A DNA stretch of 64,000 bases from Vitrella brassicaformis CCMP3155 (taxonomy: Eukaryota; Protista; Chromerida), in contig CDMY01000325.1 of NCBI GenBank assembly GCA_001179505.1, forward strand, positions 1 to 64,000. The letters are read 5' to 3'. Every line of letters starts with the position of its first letter. The stretch's first letter is position 1. The notes beneath the pieces were generated by a model. That model was given only the letters and a program-made list of their open reading frames with translations, was not told the DNA's origin and made no database searches. Position numbers and translations under genes: made by a program. Positions 23,938 through 36,818 of the stretch are shown here, piece by piece.

Positions 23938-24367
23938 CTTCTGCTTCCCTCTGAACTTTAAGCTCGCAAATGAAACGCTATCTAAGCTCGCAGGTGTGAG
24001 CGGACAAATCCTCACGAGGGCGCCCCTGCAGAGCACGAGCTGCAATCAACACCGCCACGAGAGGGACTCGCCCAGGCCAAGCCCTCACTAACGGCGGTGA
24101 GGAACTTTTGCCTCCGTCCGCTGCCCACAGCCGCAGGAGGGGATTGATTGGCTGACGGACAGACTGTGAGGTGTGCGGGGCCCACAGTCAGTTGGTCAGG
24201 GCGCGGCTGCCACCCTCACCCGCTCTCTCTTGATGCCTCTGCGGCCGGCCTGCCAAAGGCAAGACAGCAGGAGGCGACTGAGCGACCCCTTGTTCTGAGC
24301 GGGAGAGGCCGTTGTCGTCTGTCTGTGTATCTATCGGCTCTGGATTGCCTGTTTGTTCGGGGCCATC

Positions 24368-27230
24368 ATGGGTGGGTGCTTCGGGAGCCAAGTGGAGAAG
24401 GACACCGTGCAGCAGCTGTGGCAGGACCGGGCCATTCGGTGGGACCAGCCCAGGACCGTCATGGCCCTCCGGCCAGCTGAGGTCACACTACAGGCCTTCG
24501 ATGATGTGGAAGATACCAAGGTGAGCGAGAAAGACAGACAGACAGACAGACATGGGCAGGGCAAGCCCATCCATCCATCCCACTGCACTGCGTGTGTGTG
24601 GTCCCCGCGCTGCCTGCAGGGTGACAATGGTTTAGGTCGGGTGCAGATAACGAATTTGCGGATCTTGTGGACGAGCAACACGAACCCGAAGCTCAACATC
24701 AGCATCGGGATGGGGACGATTGCCTACCTGCACTTCAACATGGTCAACAGCCGCCAGTTCCAGCGGGTCCGCGCCCCCAACATCATGACCCAGTACAACA
24801 ACACCAGATTCGAGTTCACCTTCGCCATCGACTCGGACAAGGCCATGCAGCTCTTCCACCAACTCGAGACCACCGTCAGGTAGGTACCTTACCTTCCTCG
24901 CGATTGATTGACAAAGGGCGGGCGCCTCCTGCTGAGCTGATTGGCCTGCCTGCCTGTATGTGTTTTGTTTGTGTCGTTTTGTGTGCAGGCGCTACCGTGC
25001 CACACGCACTTACAGGGACCTCATTCTCAGGTTCGGGAGGCAGCGGGCGGATCTGCAATGGAAGAGGGTTTGTATGGTCGGTGTGCTGTCTGTCTGTCTT
25101 TGTCTGCGTGTTCTGCAGGGATGAGGCTCTGCTCAGCGACGGCGAGCTCACCATCCTGCCCAATGAAGAAGTCAAGAAAAAGGTAAACCGAGTCGAGCAC
25201 CGTCCGTCCCTCCCCTCCCTCCATCAGTTTGGGTGTTGGTATTGCCATGTAATGTGTGTGTGTTGGTGGTGCTGCCGTGCCGTGTGTTGTGTTGTGTGCA
25301 GGTTGAGAATTGCGACAACCTGACGACTGACGAGTCGTTCCCCGGCACGCTCTTCGTCACCAACGTACGTGGCGTGCGCATCGGATGACCGGCACACAAA
25401 ACCGTGTGCTGGATGGGATGTCTGTTCAATGTGTTGTCCTGTATTTGTTTACTGGCTTGATGTATCAGCTGAGGGTGGTCTGGTCGGCGGCCGCCACCCC
25501 CAACATCAACGTCAGCGTCCCATTCATTCAGACGGTGAGTGAGTGAGTGAGATGCAAGACACAACGGACGGCACCAGCAAGAAGGCTCGCGGCTGTCTGT
25601 GCTCGGTTTGATCAGCGTGGCGTCGGCACTCGGGCGTCGCGGTTTGGGCAGGCGCTCGTCATCGAAACCTCACAGGTGGGTGCGGCAGGGACTCAGACAG
25701 ACGAGAAGCCGTGTCGAATAGATGGACCAATGGATGTGATTCGTGTGTTGATCGCTTCATTCAGCTGAGTGGAGGTTACATTTTGGGTTTCAAGTTTCGC
25801 GAGGGCGGGGAAATCGAAAGGATGCTCGAGCTCATCAACAAACTCTTCGGAGGTAAGGCGGGCGGGCCGCCCCCTCACCACACCAATACGTGCCGTTGAC
25901 TTTTTTTGACATGTGTGAATGTCTCCTTCTTTCAGAAGCCAAGAAGAACCCCTACTTCGGCCCCCATGACGCCAGCGTCCAAGTTGTTGACGACCGGGTG
26001 AGTGAGTCAGTGAGGGCACCGGCAGGCAGGCACGACGTTCTCCACCCTCCTTCTCTGAACTTTTTGTTTCGGCGTTCGTCCATCCCTCCACTCGATCAGT
26101 TGGTGATAGTTCCTCCGTCGAGTGTGCAGAACGTTGAGGAGGAGACCACCACGGCGCCCCAGCAGCCGCAGCAGCCCCAGACGGCCACCGATAGCACAAG
26201 CGGCCCCACTGCCGTCGTCAACGTCAACAACTCCAACACACTCATGCTGCCTGAGGGCGCTGTGCAGGTGAGGTGGGTGGGGGGGATGGATGAGATAGAT
26301 GCATGCATTGATAAAGGTGGAGGGACAGCAGGTGAGTGCATGGCATGGATGTGCGTGTTTGTGTGCATGGATCGCATCTCAGGTTCGGCGGAGTGACGCG
26401 GCTCAGGTGACAACCGAGGCTGAGATTCAGACGGACAGATAGACAGACCAGAGAGGCGTTGTATGCCGTCCGTCTATCCGTTGGTTTGTCTGCTCTCTCA
26501 ATGCATCCACATCTATCAATCAGGGTGCTGGTGAGGGCGGTCGGTCCCCCTCGTCGCGTCGCGCCCGTGCCAGCGTGAGGGTACGGGAGCCCGTCACACT
26601 CGACCTTACAAAGAGACATGACAAGGTGAGTGAACAGAGAGGAGAGGGACGGACACTGAGAGAGAGAGAGGGGGGGGCAATGGATGGATGGATGGCCCAG
26701 TGATTGGCTCACCCACCGCTCCGCTCACGTGTGTGATGTGTGTGATGTGATGGATGTGGCTGATCGGCCGGCCGATCTCTCAGGAGCACGTCACGCGTCA
26801 GGAGAGCGAGGTGGGTCAGGGGGTGTCGCCCTCGAGCCGCAAATACATGGCGCCAAAGTGCGTCATCTGCATGGCCAAACCCGACGAGGTAGGGAGAGTA
26901 CCAACCAATACACACACCTCCTCAACAATACACACGACCAACCAACTCACACGTCTGTCTGTCTGTCGTCATGTCCATCACTGACTTCAGTGTGCGTTTG
27001 ACCCGTGTGGGCACGTGTGCGCCTGCATGGACTGCGCCGTCAAGCTCGACGACTGCCCGGTAAGGAAGACATACCTAAGTACCAATCCCCACTCTCTGTG
27101 GGCGGGCTGATGGTGTGCTCGATTGGCTGTGCTGGTGCCGGGCTGGCTGTTTGTGTGATGGATTCGATTCCACTTGCAGATATGTCGGACCAAGATCATG
27201 AAGGTGCTGCGGGTGTTCCTCACCACCTGA
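24368..27230 (+). CDS. BBS5: BBS5-like tandem PH protein fused to a C-terminal C3HC4 RING finger; N-terminal MGGCFG acylation motif
   Basis: WQDRAIRWD, EDTK|GDNGLGRVQITNLRILW, TRFEFTF, YRDLILR, GTLFVTN|LRVVW, NVSVPFIQ, FGQALVIET, SGGYILGFK, NPYFG are collinear with BBS5. In-phase exons continue to CVICMAKPDE|CAFDPCGHVCACMDCAVKLDDCP|ICRTKIMKVLRVFLTT*. Confidence 0.85.
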
Positions 27231-27399
27231 GTCAGTCAGTACTGACAGACGGAGAGAAAAGTCGGGGCTGCGCTGCCGGGCGATTAATATTGATTGCTGC
27301 TCACAGGAGGCCGTCCGTCCGTCAGAAACCAGGTGTATGTGATGTGTCCACTCACCGGGGAGGGGTGTATGGTGTGGTGCATGTGTAGAGTGCGTAGGT

Positions 27400-29100
27400 G
27401 CTTGCCTGCCTGCCTGCCTGCCTGGTTGGTTGGTCGTGTGTGTGTGTATGTGTATGTGTGTGTGTGTGTGTGATTTCGGAACGGCCTGTAAGGACCTGTT
27501 GTGGCGTGTGGCGTGTGTGTTTCCTTCCGCTAGCTAATCATCTGTATTATCTATGGTCGGTCTCCTCCTCTCTCTCCATTTGTGCCTGCCCATCTAGGCG
27601 GACAGACAGACAGACAGACAGACGGATGTAACCTAACCTAACCTGATGATGTATAGCTAGAGACAAAGGGAGAAGGCAGGCCTGTCTGTCTGTGTGTCTG
27701 TCTGTCTGTCTGTGTCTGTCTGTGGTTGCACTCTACCTGGGACGGCCGACCTGAAGACCTGAAGCTACTAACTAACTAGTGCCTTGCCATCTCTGTCCAC
27801 ATCCTGGCTAAGCTGACCGGCAGGCAGGGAGGGAGCTGCCTAGGTTGCCTTGCCTTTTCACTACAGCTACTACTGCTGCTGCTGCTGCTGCTGCTGGTGC
27901 CGTTGGCGTTGCTGCTGCGGTGTTGCTGCCTGCTGTTGTGCAGAAATTAAGACAGTGGGTTGGGGGGGGCGGTTGGGTGGGCAGACAGACAGACAGACGG
28001 GCGGACGGGCGGCGATAAAGGATGCATTGCCTGCCTGCCTGCCTGTACGTGTGGGTGCATTGCATTGCCTGCGTGGATTGTATATAGTCAGTGAGTGACC
28101 ATGACAACCACATACATAGGGACATCTGTCTGTACATACATGCATACGCAACCAAGAGAGTAACAGAGAGAGAAAGGGAGACCGAATCGGTGTGTACCAG
28201 TGAGCGAGCGGATGGGCGGGATGGCCACCGCACCGCACCGCACCGCATCATTGATTGCACTGGATTGGATAGCACGAGTGGAAAGGGGTTTTGTGCTGTA
28301 TACCCGAATCTACCGACCTGCCTGCCTGCCTGCCTGCCTCCGAAAGTGTTTCGCCTAGGTGCCTCCACGTTGGCTGCACACACTGCACTGCACTGCACGG
28401 GCGTACGTGCCACTCACTCACTACTCACTGTACAGCTTCCTACCTATCTCTGTCTTCCTGCCTGCCTGGGTGCAGTTGGGTCGGTGGCGACTGGCGACTG
28501 TGTCGGCTTTTTGACATGCCTGCCTGTCTGAAGGGTGGACGACATAGATAGCGTCATAGCATGATAGCAAGATCGCACTGTACATATATCTGAGACGAAG
28601 CCCCTCGCCCCCCTCCCTCCCTCCCTCCCTCACTACTGGCTCGGGTGGTCTTGTCTCTCTGTAAGTAGGTACTAGGCAGGGGCAGGTGGTACGTGTGTGT
28701 GTGCGTGTGTGTGTGTGTGTGTGGCTCTATATGGATGGATGGATGTGTGTGCATGGTCGGTGGCTGGCTGGTGGGGTGGTCCACGGCACCCGTGGGTATG
28801 TGAGCACACAATTTGAGACACACGGTGTTTGTGATGCTGCTGCCCACCCACCGCGGGACGGACGGACACAGAGAGAGAGAGAGAGAGAGAGGAGTGGAAG
28901 GACACACACTCTTCAGTCAATCATTCAATGAATGGATAGATACACCGATGGACGATGGATGGATCAAGGTGTCTTCGCACGCACAGCAGGAGGTCTAGAC
29001 ACACACACACACATGAGCTAATCACTAACCACAGCCGGCAGGCAGGCCGGCAGGGAGGGAGGCCAGAGAAAGCAATCCGATCCGCCAACTACACAACCTG
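27400..29100. repeat. Microsatellite-dense intergenic region between convergent genes
   Basis: Mixed (GCCT)n, (GT)n, (GACA)n, (CTG)n, (GCACT)n, (GGAT)n, (GA)n and (GAGG)n runs. No protein-like ORF. Confidence 0.85.
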
Positions 29101-29228
29101 AAAATCTCTCTCTCGTGTTGACGTGAGTATGCACAACGGCATGGCTCGTGCGTGCCGCAAGATAGATAAGCTAGTCATCACAAGATCCAACCACCCACCC
29201 AGCGCCCCGCCAGTCAACCAACACTCAC

Positions 29229-32200
29229 TCAGTTCTTCTGCTCTGCAGCTGCCCCCTGAACACCTTCCGCCCCCTCCCCGTCAGCCCCTCGTTTCTCGCT
29301 GTCAACGCTCTTGGCGCGCCACTCACGGCGCACTGTGCCGCTACCACTACTGCTGGGCCCATCACCCGCCGCGGCCCCTGCTGCTGGAGGTGCTGCTGCT
29401 GGTGTCGCCTGCCCGTCCCCCTTCTTGACGTCCCCTCGAGTCGGGCTTGCTGGTGGTGGTGTTGGTGTTGGTGCCTTGGCTTTGATGCGCCACTGCTGCT
29501 GCACCTGCTGCACCTGCTGCACCCTCTCTGTGGCGCCTCTCTCGGTGTTGGCCTGCTGCTGCTGCTGTTGCTGATCGCTGTTGGTGTTGTCTGTGTCTTT
29601 GGTGTGGACGGGCCTCCACTTGAGGACGGTCCGTTCTGCTGGGGGAGGGGGGATGACTGTCACAGCTGGCGGCTGTCGCTGTCGCTGCTGGTGCTGCTGC
29701 TGGTGCTGTGGGTGTGGGTGCGATGCTGCGATGTTGAGGGTGGCACGGATGGTCCTCAGCGCGTCGCCCGCAGAGGGGTTGGGGGGTGCCTGTGGATGCT
29801 GATATGGCTGATAATATGGCTGATGCTGTGGCAGCTGCTGGTACATCCCACCACTATGGTGCACCGGATGGTACATGGGTGGCGGCGATGGCATCGCCAT
29901 GTGTGGGGGCCGGTACACAGACGGGGGAATCACATGCGGCACCGACAGCTGGACAGAGGGAGGGGGCGGCATGGGTGGCATCGGTGGCATGGGCGGTGGT
30001 GGACTGGGTCCGGTCAGCACCTGGCTGAGCAGCCTGTCGAAGGCGTTGGCCCCTCCTGGCGGGGGCGGTGGGGGCGGCTGGTATGGGAAAGCGAGGGGGT
30101 CGGTGGAGAGTGGGTGGCCGGCCTGCGATGGGACGTCTGCGGCGGGGGGATGCTTGGTGCGGTTCTTCTTCCGGGCGGTGGACTTCTCCTTCTCCAACTG
30201 AATGAACCAGGCAGGAATCAAGCATGACGCATAACAGACGGCGGGTGTGGTGTGCACACGTGGTTGTGTGAGGGGTAGGGTACCTGTCTGATGTAGTCCC
30301 AGTCTTGCTGTGGGATGGACCCCTCGCGCACCATGTCGCGAATGAGAGTGAAGAACACACCCCCGGGGGTCCGCCGCTTGTTCTGCCCGTCGTTGGTCAG
30401 CTGACCACCTGACATAAGCAAGCACACAACCGATGTCCATGGCGTATTCCCCACCCGGCCGCCCCCAGCCACCCAGCAACCGACTGACCGTTTCTCTCTA
30501 TCTCGAGTGTCTTCTGCAGGATTTCCTCTGTACGCTGGTGCACCAGACAAACAGCAAGGCGGGCGAGAGCAGGGGAGTCGTTCGTTGTGTGGCGGGCGGC
30601 ATGTCTGTCTGTTAGGTGGGTGGTTGGCTTGGGTACCTTCATGCCGAGCCTGACGACCGTCCGCACCACCTGACTGCGCTTAGGCTCCTGCGGATGGATG
30701 GCATGGCGAGGCGAATGGGCGGATGTGTGTGTGTGTAGAGAGAGAGTGAGTGTCCCTACCAACCTACCTTGAGTATGTCGATGACCTTCTCGATGTAGGT
30801 GCGCACCTCATACGACAGGCTGTACATGCCAGCTGCACAGACAGACACAACATACACAACGGGTGTGCACTCTCTTTGGTCCTCACACGGGCGGGCGTAC
30901 CGAAGTGCGCTTCCTCTTGTTGAGCCTGCACCACCCCCACAACGGGAGGAGCGCTCGATGAGCTGGCCTGCTGCTGCTGCTCTTGTGGTGCTTGTGCTGC
31001 GATGGGACTGTTGCTGCTGCTGGGGGCGTCAGGCAAGTCCGTCGCCTGCTCCCCTCCTGCCGCTGCTGACGCTGCTGGTGGGGCGGCTGCCGGTACTTGA
31101 GTAGCTGCTGGTGGGGGTGGGTATACGGGGTTGTTGCCGAGACGAAGCTTCCAGATCAAGGCGTGAAGGTAGGCGCTCTGGACAATATAATCCACAGGCA
31201 AAGGCAAAGGCATTCATTGGTGTGGATGGCACGTTCTTTGGCTGACTGGCCTGGCCCCATAGATACCATGTGTTTCTGCTCTCTGACGGCGGCGAGTCGT
31301 GCGGGCGTGACGTCGAAGCGGTCGGACGCATTCACCTCCGCGCCGTGGGCTATCAAACAGCTCGCATTCGCCACCTATATGCGGGGGATGGATGGATGGA
31401 TGGATGTGCCGATTGATTGTGTGTTGTGTGAGCGCATGGTATGGTACCTCTCCGTACGACGCGGCGGCGTGAAGGGCCGTGCGGCCGTCCTTGGTGCGGG
31501 CATTCGGATCGGCACCTGAGAAAACGAGAAGAGATAGATGGGGCCTCCGGTCTCTGTTTGTTTGTCTGTTCGCCTTTTGTTGTGTGCCTGGAGGGTGTGG
31601 TACGTACCGAGGTGGAGGAGCCACTTGAGGTAGTCAGTGTGGTGTCTGGCCGCCGCGTAGTGCAGGGGCGTGCTGCCGCTCTCGTCAGAGTCATTCACTG
31701 ACACGCACGCACCACGGACACCAAGACGAAGACGCAGGTCAGATGAATGAGAATGTCACGCGCCGTTTGATGTGATGTGGTGGATGTGCTGCGAGTAGGT
31801 ACCTGTGGCCCCGTGGTGCAGCAGCAGTTTTGTGATGTCCGTGTTGCCCTTGCTCGCCGCCAGGTGGATCGGGTAGCTCTGGATGGATGGCAAGAGAGAG
31901 GGAGAGAGAGAGGGAGAGATCTTCCACATGCATCGCATCCTTTTCGCCCGTGTGTGTGCGTTGTGTGTGGCACATACGAAGTTGACTCCCCGCCGCGACG
32001 GCATGAGAGTGTGAGAGAACCGCAAACCGGTCTCGGCACCGTGGTCCAACAACGCCTGGTATGGTGCAAACACCATGGCCAATCAATCAGTAGAGTGATG
32101 ATGGCGTGGTGTGGGTGCAGCGCGTTCCCGACCCAAGCATCTATCTCGCGTACCTTGGCGTATGCGGGTTCGTTGGTGATGATGGTGATGTTGAGGGGCG

Positions 32201-33475
32201 TCCACAACTTATCGTCTGGCACATTCACCTGGTCGGTCAACCACCATAACACAACACAACACAACACAACACAACACAACAAAGCGGACGACCGACTGGT
32301 ATTGGCGATTCTGTGTGCGGTGCGCATCCGCGTGGCGTGTGGGGTGGAGGGTGGATGATGGGTGTGGGTGTGGGTGTGGGTGTGCAAACGTACGTACCGA
32401 TGTGAGTGCGCCGTGTTTGAGGAGCCAGACGACCACCCGCAGCCGCCTGGGCTGCCCACACGCATGGTGAAGCGCCGTACGCCCATCCATGTCCCTATAA
32501 GGAACAATCACACACATATATACACACATGCATCACACGGGGTGGATGGAGATGGGTATTCAATTCCCTGGCTGGCTGCTTCTCCTCTCCATCTCTCTCT
32601 GTGTCTGTCTGGTCCAGACATGCCGAGCCGACCTGCTATTGACGTCATGTCCTTCGTCCATGAGGCGCTTCATCTCAGATATGCGACCACGACACACAGC
32701 TGCATTGATTGCAACCCGCACATCACATCACATGCAATGCATCCACTCACACACACGAACCGACCGATGCACCAACCAACCAACCAACCACCCCACATCA
32801 CACCGCATCTACCTTTGTTGAAGGCCTTCTGCGTGGGGTCGTCCGAGTTGATGGTCAGCTCCAGCCGCTCGTTCTCGCCCTCGTCACCATCACTGCTCCC
32901 AACCGCACCAATGTCATAGTCCACACCCAACGCCTCATCGGGCAGCTCCATCACGCCCTCGTACTCCACCAGGAAGCTGCTGCTGTTGCTGTTGCTGCTA
33001 GAGCTGGTGCCGGTGGCTGCAGCTGGGTTGGCAGAGAGGGAGGGGTGGCGAGGGGTGTGGGGTGGGAGCGGTGCTCTGCTTCTGCTACGGCTGGTGATGC
33101 TGCCCGGCGCGACTGCTACTCTGGTGCCTGAGCTGTTGCTGCCTGTGAACACACAAGGGAAAGTCGTGCACTCATTCTGGTGTGCCCATCTCTGTGTGTG
33201 TGCGTATCTCCCTTGCCTGTTCTGGTGAGGTGCGATGATCTCTTCTGCGCGCCGGCCACCCTGGCGCCGCGGACGACGCCCTCCCCTCTTCGCCTGCTGC
33301 TGGGAGGCCTCTCTCTCTTCTGTGTCTGTGGCGGAGGGGCAGGGCGAACGTCTGTGTGAATGAACTCGTCGAGGAGGCCATACAGCTCCTCCTCCATCGC
33401 CGTATCGTCATCCTCACACGCAACACCAGCACCAGCACCACCACCACAACCAGAAGCAGCAACAGACTCCGCCAT
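29229..33475 (-). CDS. Ankyrin-repeat + PHAX RNA-binding domain protein with Pro/Gln-rich C-terminus
   Basis: About 6 ANK repeats (GRTALHHAC, WTPLNIT, YPIHLAASKGNTDITKLLL, GSTPLHYAAA, GRTALHAAASYG, DVTPARLAA) splice in phase to YIEKVIDILK|EPKRSQVVRTVVRLGMK|RTEEILQKTLEIERNG|GQLTNDGQNKRRTPGGVFFTLIR, the PHAX RBD signature. Confidence 0.85.
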
Positions 33476-33597
33476 CTCTTCGGCTCTGTGCGTGTGGCGA
33501 TCGCACCTTATCTGGCCGGCAACAGATCTTGGCTGGCGTATCCTGTCCGGCGAAAGAAGGACACAGAAGGAGATATTAGTGTTATGGGATGTGGCTG

Positions 33598-36396
33598 ATG
33601 AGGATGAAGAGGGAGGTTATGGGTGTTCATCATCATGATCAAGACGGTGGTGGTGGAGATCGCGTGGTGCGGCGACAGATGCCGAGTGATGGCGCCATGG
33701 ATGGCGGAGACGGAAGCGATGAGGCCTCGCCATCCAAGAAGAAGTGGCTGCTGTTCAACAGGTGGACGGACGCAGAATGCACACACACGCACACCACATC
33801 GTCGAAAGAGAGAGAGGGCGAGAGGGAAGGGATTCACCCTTTCTGTGTGATGTGTGTGCTGTTCATCTCATCTTTCAGGCCCCTGCTCAGCTACGTGCCT
33901 ATCCGTCTGTGCCGTCGCTGCGGCCGACTGCCCTTCTGCATCGCCATCCTCCTGCTCATCCTGGTCTCCAGAGCCCTCCTGGAGGAGCTGTGGGACACAT
34001 CACTCAACCCAGCACTCACAGAAATCTACACGCTGCTCGAAGACGACCTCATGGGATCTGACGTCAAGTGCACCGACACTGACACCCTGTCGGTCAAGAG
34101 CATCGTGGAAAAGCGGCGAAATGGCCTGCAGACGGTGGATGAGAGTGGTACGGTGCAGGCGGCTCGTCAGGTGTGCGAGTGTCTGTTGCGGCCTCTGGTC
34201 AAGGAGGGCGGGGTTGAGGACTTCCAGGGAACGACGAGGCGGTATGGGGCGAGGGATTGGTCGGATGATGGGCAGTCTGCCAAGGTCAAGGTGTCCTCCA
34301 TAGCTGAGAGGCGACAGCTGCTGACGGGGCTGCTCGACAGCATGCACTGCGAACTCCATGTGTACCAGTACCCCATCCCACCTGGTGAGCGACGGACGAG
34401 AGAAAAAAGCTGAAATGCCCTCATTTTGTATCCGTTCGTTCTGTGCTCTCTCTCTCCTCTCTCTCTCAGTGAGTGCTGCCCACCAGCCCGAGCCGCTGTC
34501 GTTGCGCAAGGTGTTGCGTGCCAAGGGCAACTCGGCATACCTCCTGGAGAGCGTCTTCTGGTCCCACACACAGCAGCTGCCCAACTTCCACACCATTTCT
34601 TACCACGGAGGCGATCCCTCTGTTGCATCGGCCATTGCATCCCTCACCGCCGCCTTTGCCGTTCCTACTTTTCCCACCACAGCAGTGTTTGGCCACCGGT
34701 CGGACTTGGCCGTCATGTGGAAGTCGACGCTCAAGAAATGGAACCTCGGTATGGTATGCCTGTGGAGGAGTGAAGGCGTCCGATTGATGGCCCCCTCTCT
34801 ACCTCTGTGCTTTTGTGTTGCGCAGGCGGGATGGACAATTTGGACCGGTGGCGGACGGCCGAGGACGTCCGTGGGGCTGTGGAGAGCATCCGGCACGAGT
34901 ACCCCTACTTCAACGAGACTGAGGGGCGGTTCCACTTCTGGGTGGTGTCGCAGGACGGCGGCAAGCCCGAGTACTCGGCATTCGCTGACCGCACGTTCAA
35001 CGCCAATGCGTCGGCACTCACCTGCACCAGCGACGTCGTCGACTATCACAAGGTGGGGNNNNNNNNNNNNNNNNNNNNNNNNNNNNNNNNNNNNNNNNNN
35101 NNNNNNNNNNNNNNNNNNNNNNNNNNNNNNNNNNNNNNNNNNNNNNNNNNNNNNNNNNNNNNNNNNNNNNNNNNNNNNNNNNNNNNNNNNNNNNNNNNNN
35201 NNNNNNNNNNNNNNNNNNNNNNNNNNNNNNNNNNNNNNNNNNNNNNNNNNNNNNNNNNNNNNNNNNNNNNNNNNNNNNNNNNNNNNNNNNNNNNNNNNNN
35301 NNNNNNNNNNNNNNNNNNNNNNNNNNNNNNNNNNNNNNNNNNNNNNNNNNNNNNNNNNGGGATGGAGGGAGGGAGGGAGGGAGGGATGGATCTGATGGAC
35401 AGAAATGGGGATGGCATGGCTCTGTGTGCTCACTCAAACAGATGTTCAACATGCGGAGGTATCACCATTGGGACTCGAATGAGCCACTGACTGTGCCATT
35501 CGAGCCTCCATACAGGTCGGTAAGGAGAGCGTCAGCCAGCCTATGTATGTTGAATCCACCCTGCAAAACATCCACCCGTCAGCTTCAACCCTCGCCGCGA
35601 CGTGGCCATATCCCTGTCGGGCAACATCATCCGGGCAGCAAGGGCGAGAAGGGACGTTCCACAGCCGCCACCAACCACACCCAGCACCAGCAGCACCACG
35701 GACGACACACCGCCCCTTCCCTCTGGCCCTTCGCGCATCCCCGCCCTGCTGCAAGCACTCAACAGAGGGCATCTCGTTTTTTTCGCCGGCAAGATCGGCC
35801 AGGGCTCGCCCTTCCGCGGGGGCAAGCTGCGGGTGGCCTTGCGCGACAGCCTTCAGGACACCCCAGAGGCGCTCATAGTGGAGGGCAGGATGAGCAGAGG
35901 CGACTACGAGAGGGCCCTGCGTGAGTCGGTGTTCTGTCTGTGTCCGCGGGGGTCTCGCGGGTGGAGTCCGCGGCTGATGGAGGCGGTGTGGTACGGGTGC
36001 ATCCCTGTGGTGCTGGCGGATGACTACTGGATGCCGCAGGGGTGCTTCTGGGACTGGACGGCACTCGCTGTCCTCATACCTGAGAGCGACGCGCTCAAGA
36101 CCAAGGAGCGGCTGATGGAGCTGTCACTTGCTGATGTCAGGGCTAGACAGAGGGGCCTGCTGCAGGTACCTCATGCACACAGGCACAGACACAGCACCCA
36201 ACACACCACACCACACCACACAAACAGACGGCATGTCATGTAGCTGCGTGTCTTTGTTTGTCTCGGTTTCCTGCAGGTGCGTCACCACTTCATGTACCAC
36301 GTGAATCTGCAGCGAGGCGACGCAACGGACATGGCCTTTCTGGAGCTCTGGCTCAAACAGAATGTCTGCCCCGTCCTGGCGGGCATCACACAATGA
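33598..36396 (+). CDS. Exostosin-family (GT47) glycosyltransferase, type II membrane; interrupted by N gap
   Basis: N-terminal TM FCIAILLLILVS; LHVYQY; YPYFNETEGRFHFWVVSQDGG; LVFFAG; YERALRESVFCLCPRGSRGWSPRLMEAVWYGCIPVVLADDYWMP; VRHHFMY. Start could be 33619. Confidence 0.92.
35059..35358. other. Assembly gap (300 N)
   Basis: Run of exactly 300 N. Confidence 1.
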
Positions 36397-36818
36397 ATGA
36401 CCTACCTGTACGTGTGCGTGTGACGTGACGTGACGTGACGCAATATATGCGGTCTGTCCGGTGCGGTGCAATGCAATCAATCCTCTCACTGGACATCCTT
36501 CCTTCCCTCTGTCTGTCAATTGGTCGGTCTGAACTGCTTGATGCCTTAATTGATTGCAACGATGCATTCATTATTTATCGGTGGAGAGAGATGGATAAAC
36601 TCGTGATGAGAATGGCATGCAGAGCAAGTGTCTGTCTTACTAGGACTCAAGCACCCAACCCACCATTCGACCACTTCATTCAGTCAGACTGGCCAGAAAA
36701 CGTGCTTCCCTCGCCCCGACCAAGCAAGCCGAACCAGCAACCAACCGTCACGCACTGACACACGACAAATATCCCCCAGCTGTCTGTCCGCCCCCTCGGA
36801 GCCCCATCCCTGGATCAC

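Noticed and set aside
27629-27644. (TAACC)x3 telomere-like repeat
   Set aside because: Only three units inside a microsatellite field; expected by chance.
27870-28238. Poly-Gln ORF
   Set aside because: Translation of (CTG)n and tetranucleotide microsatellites with no coding signal.
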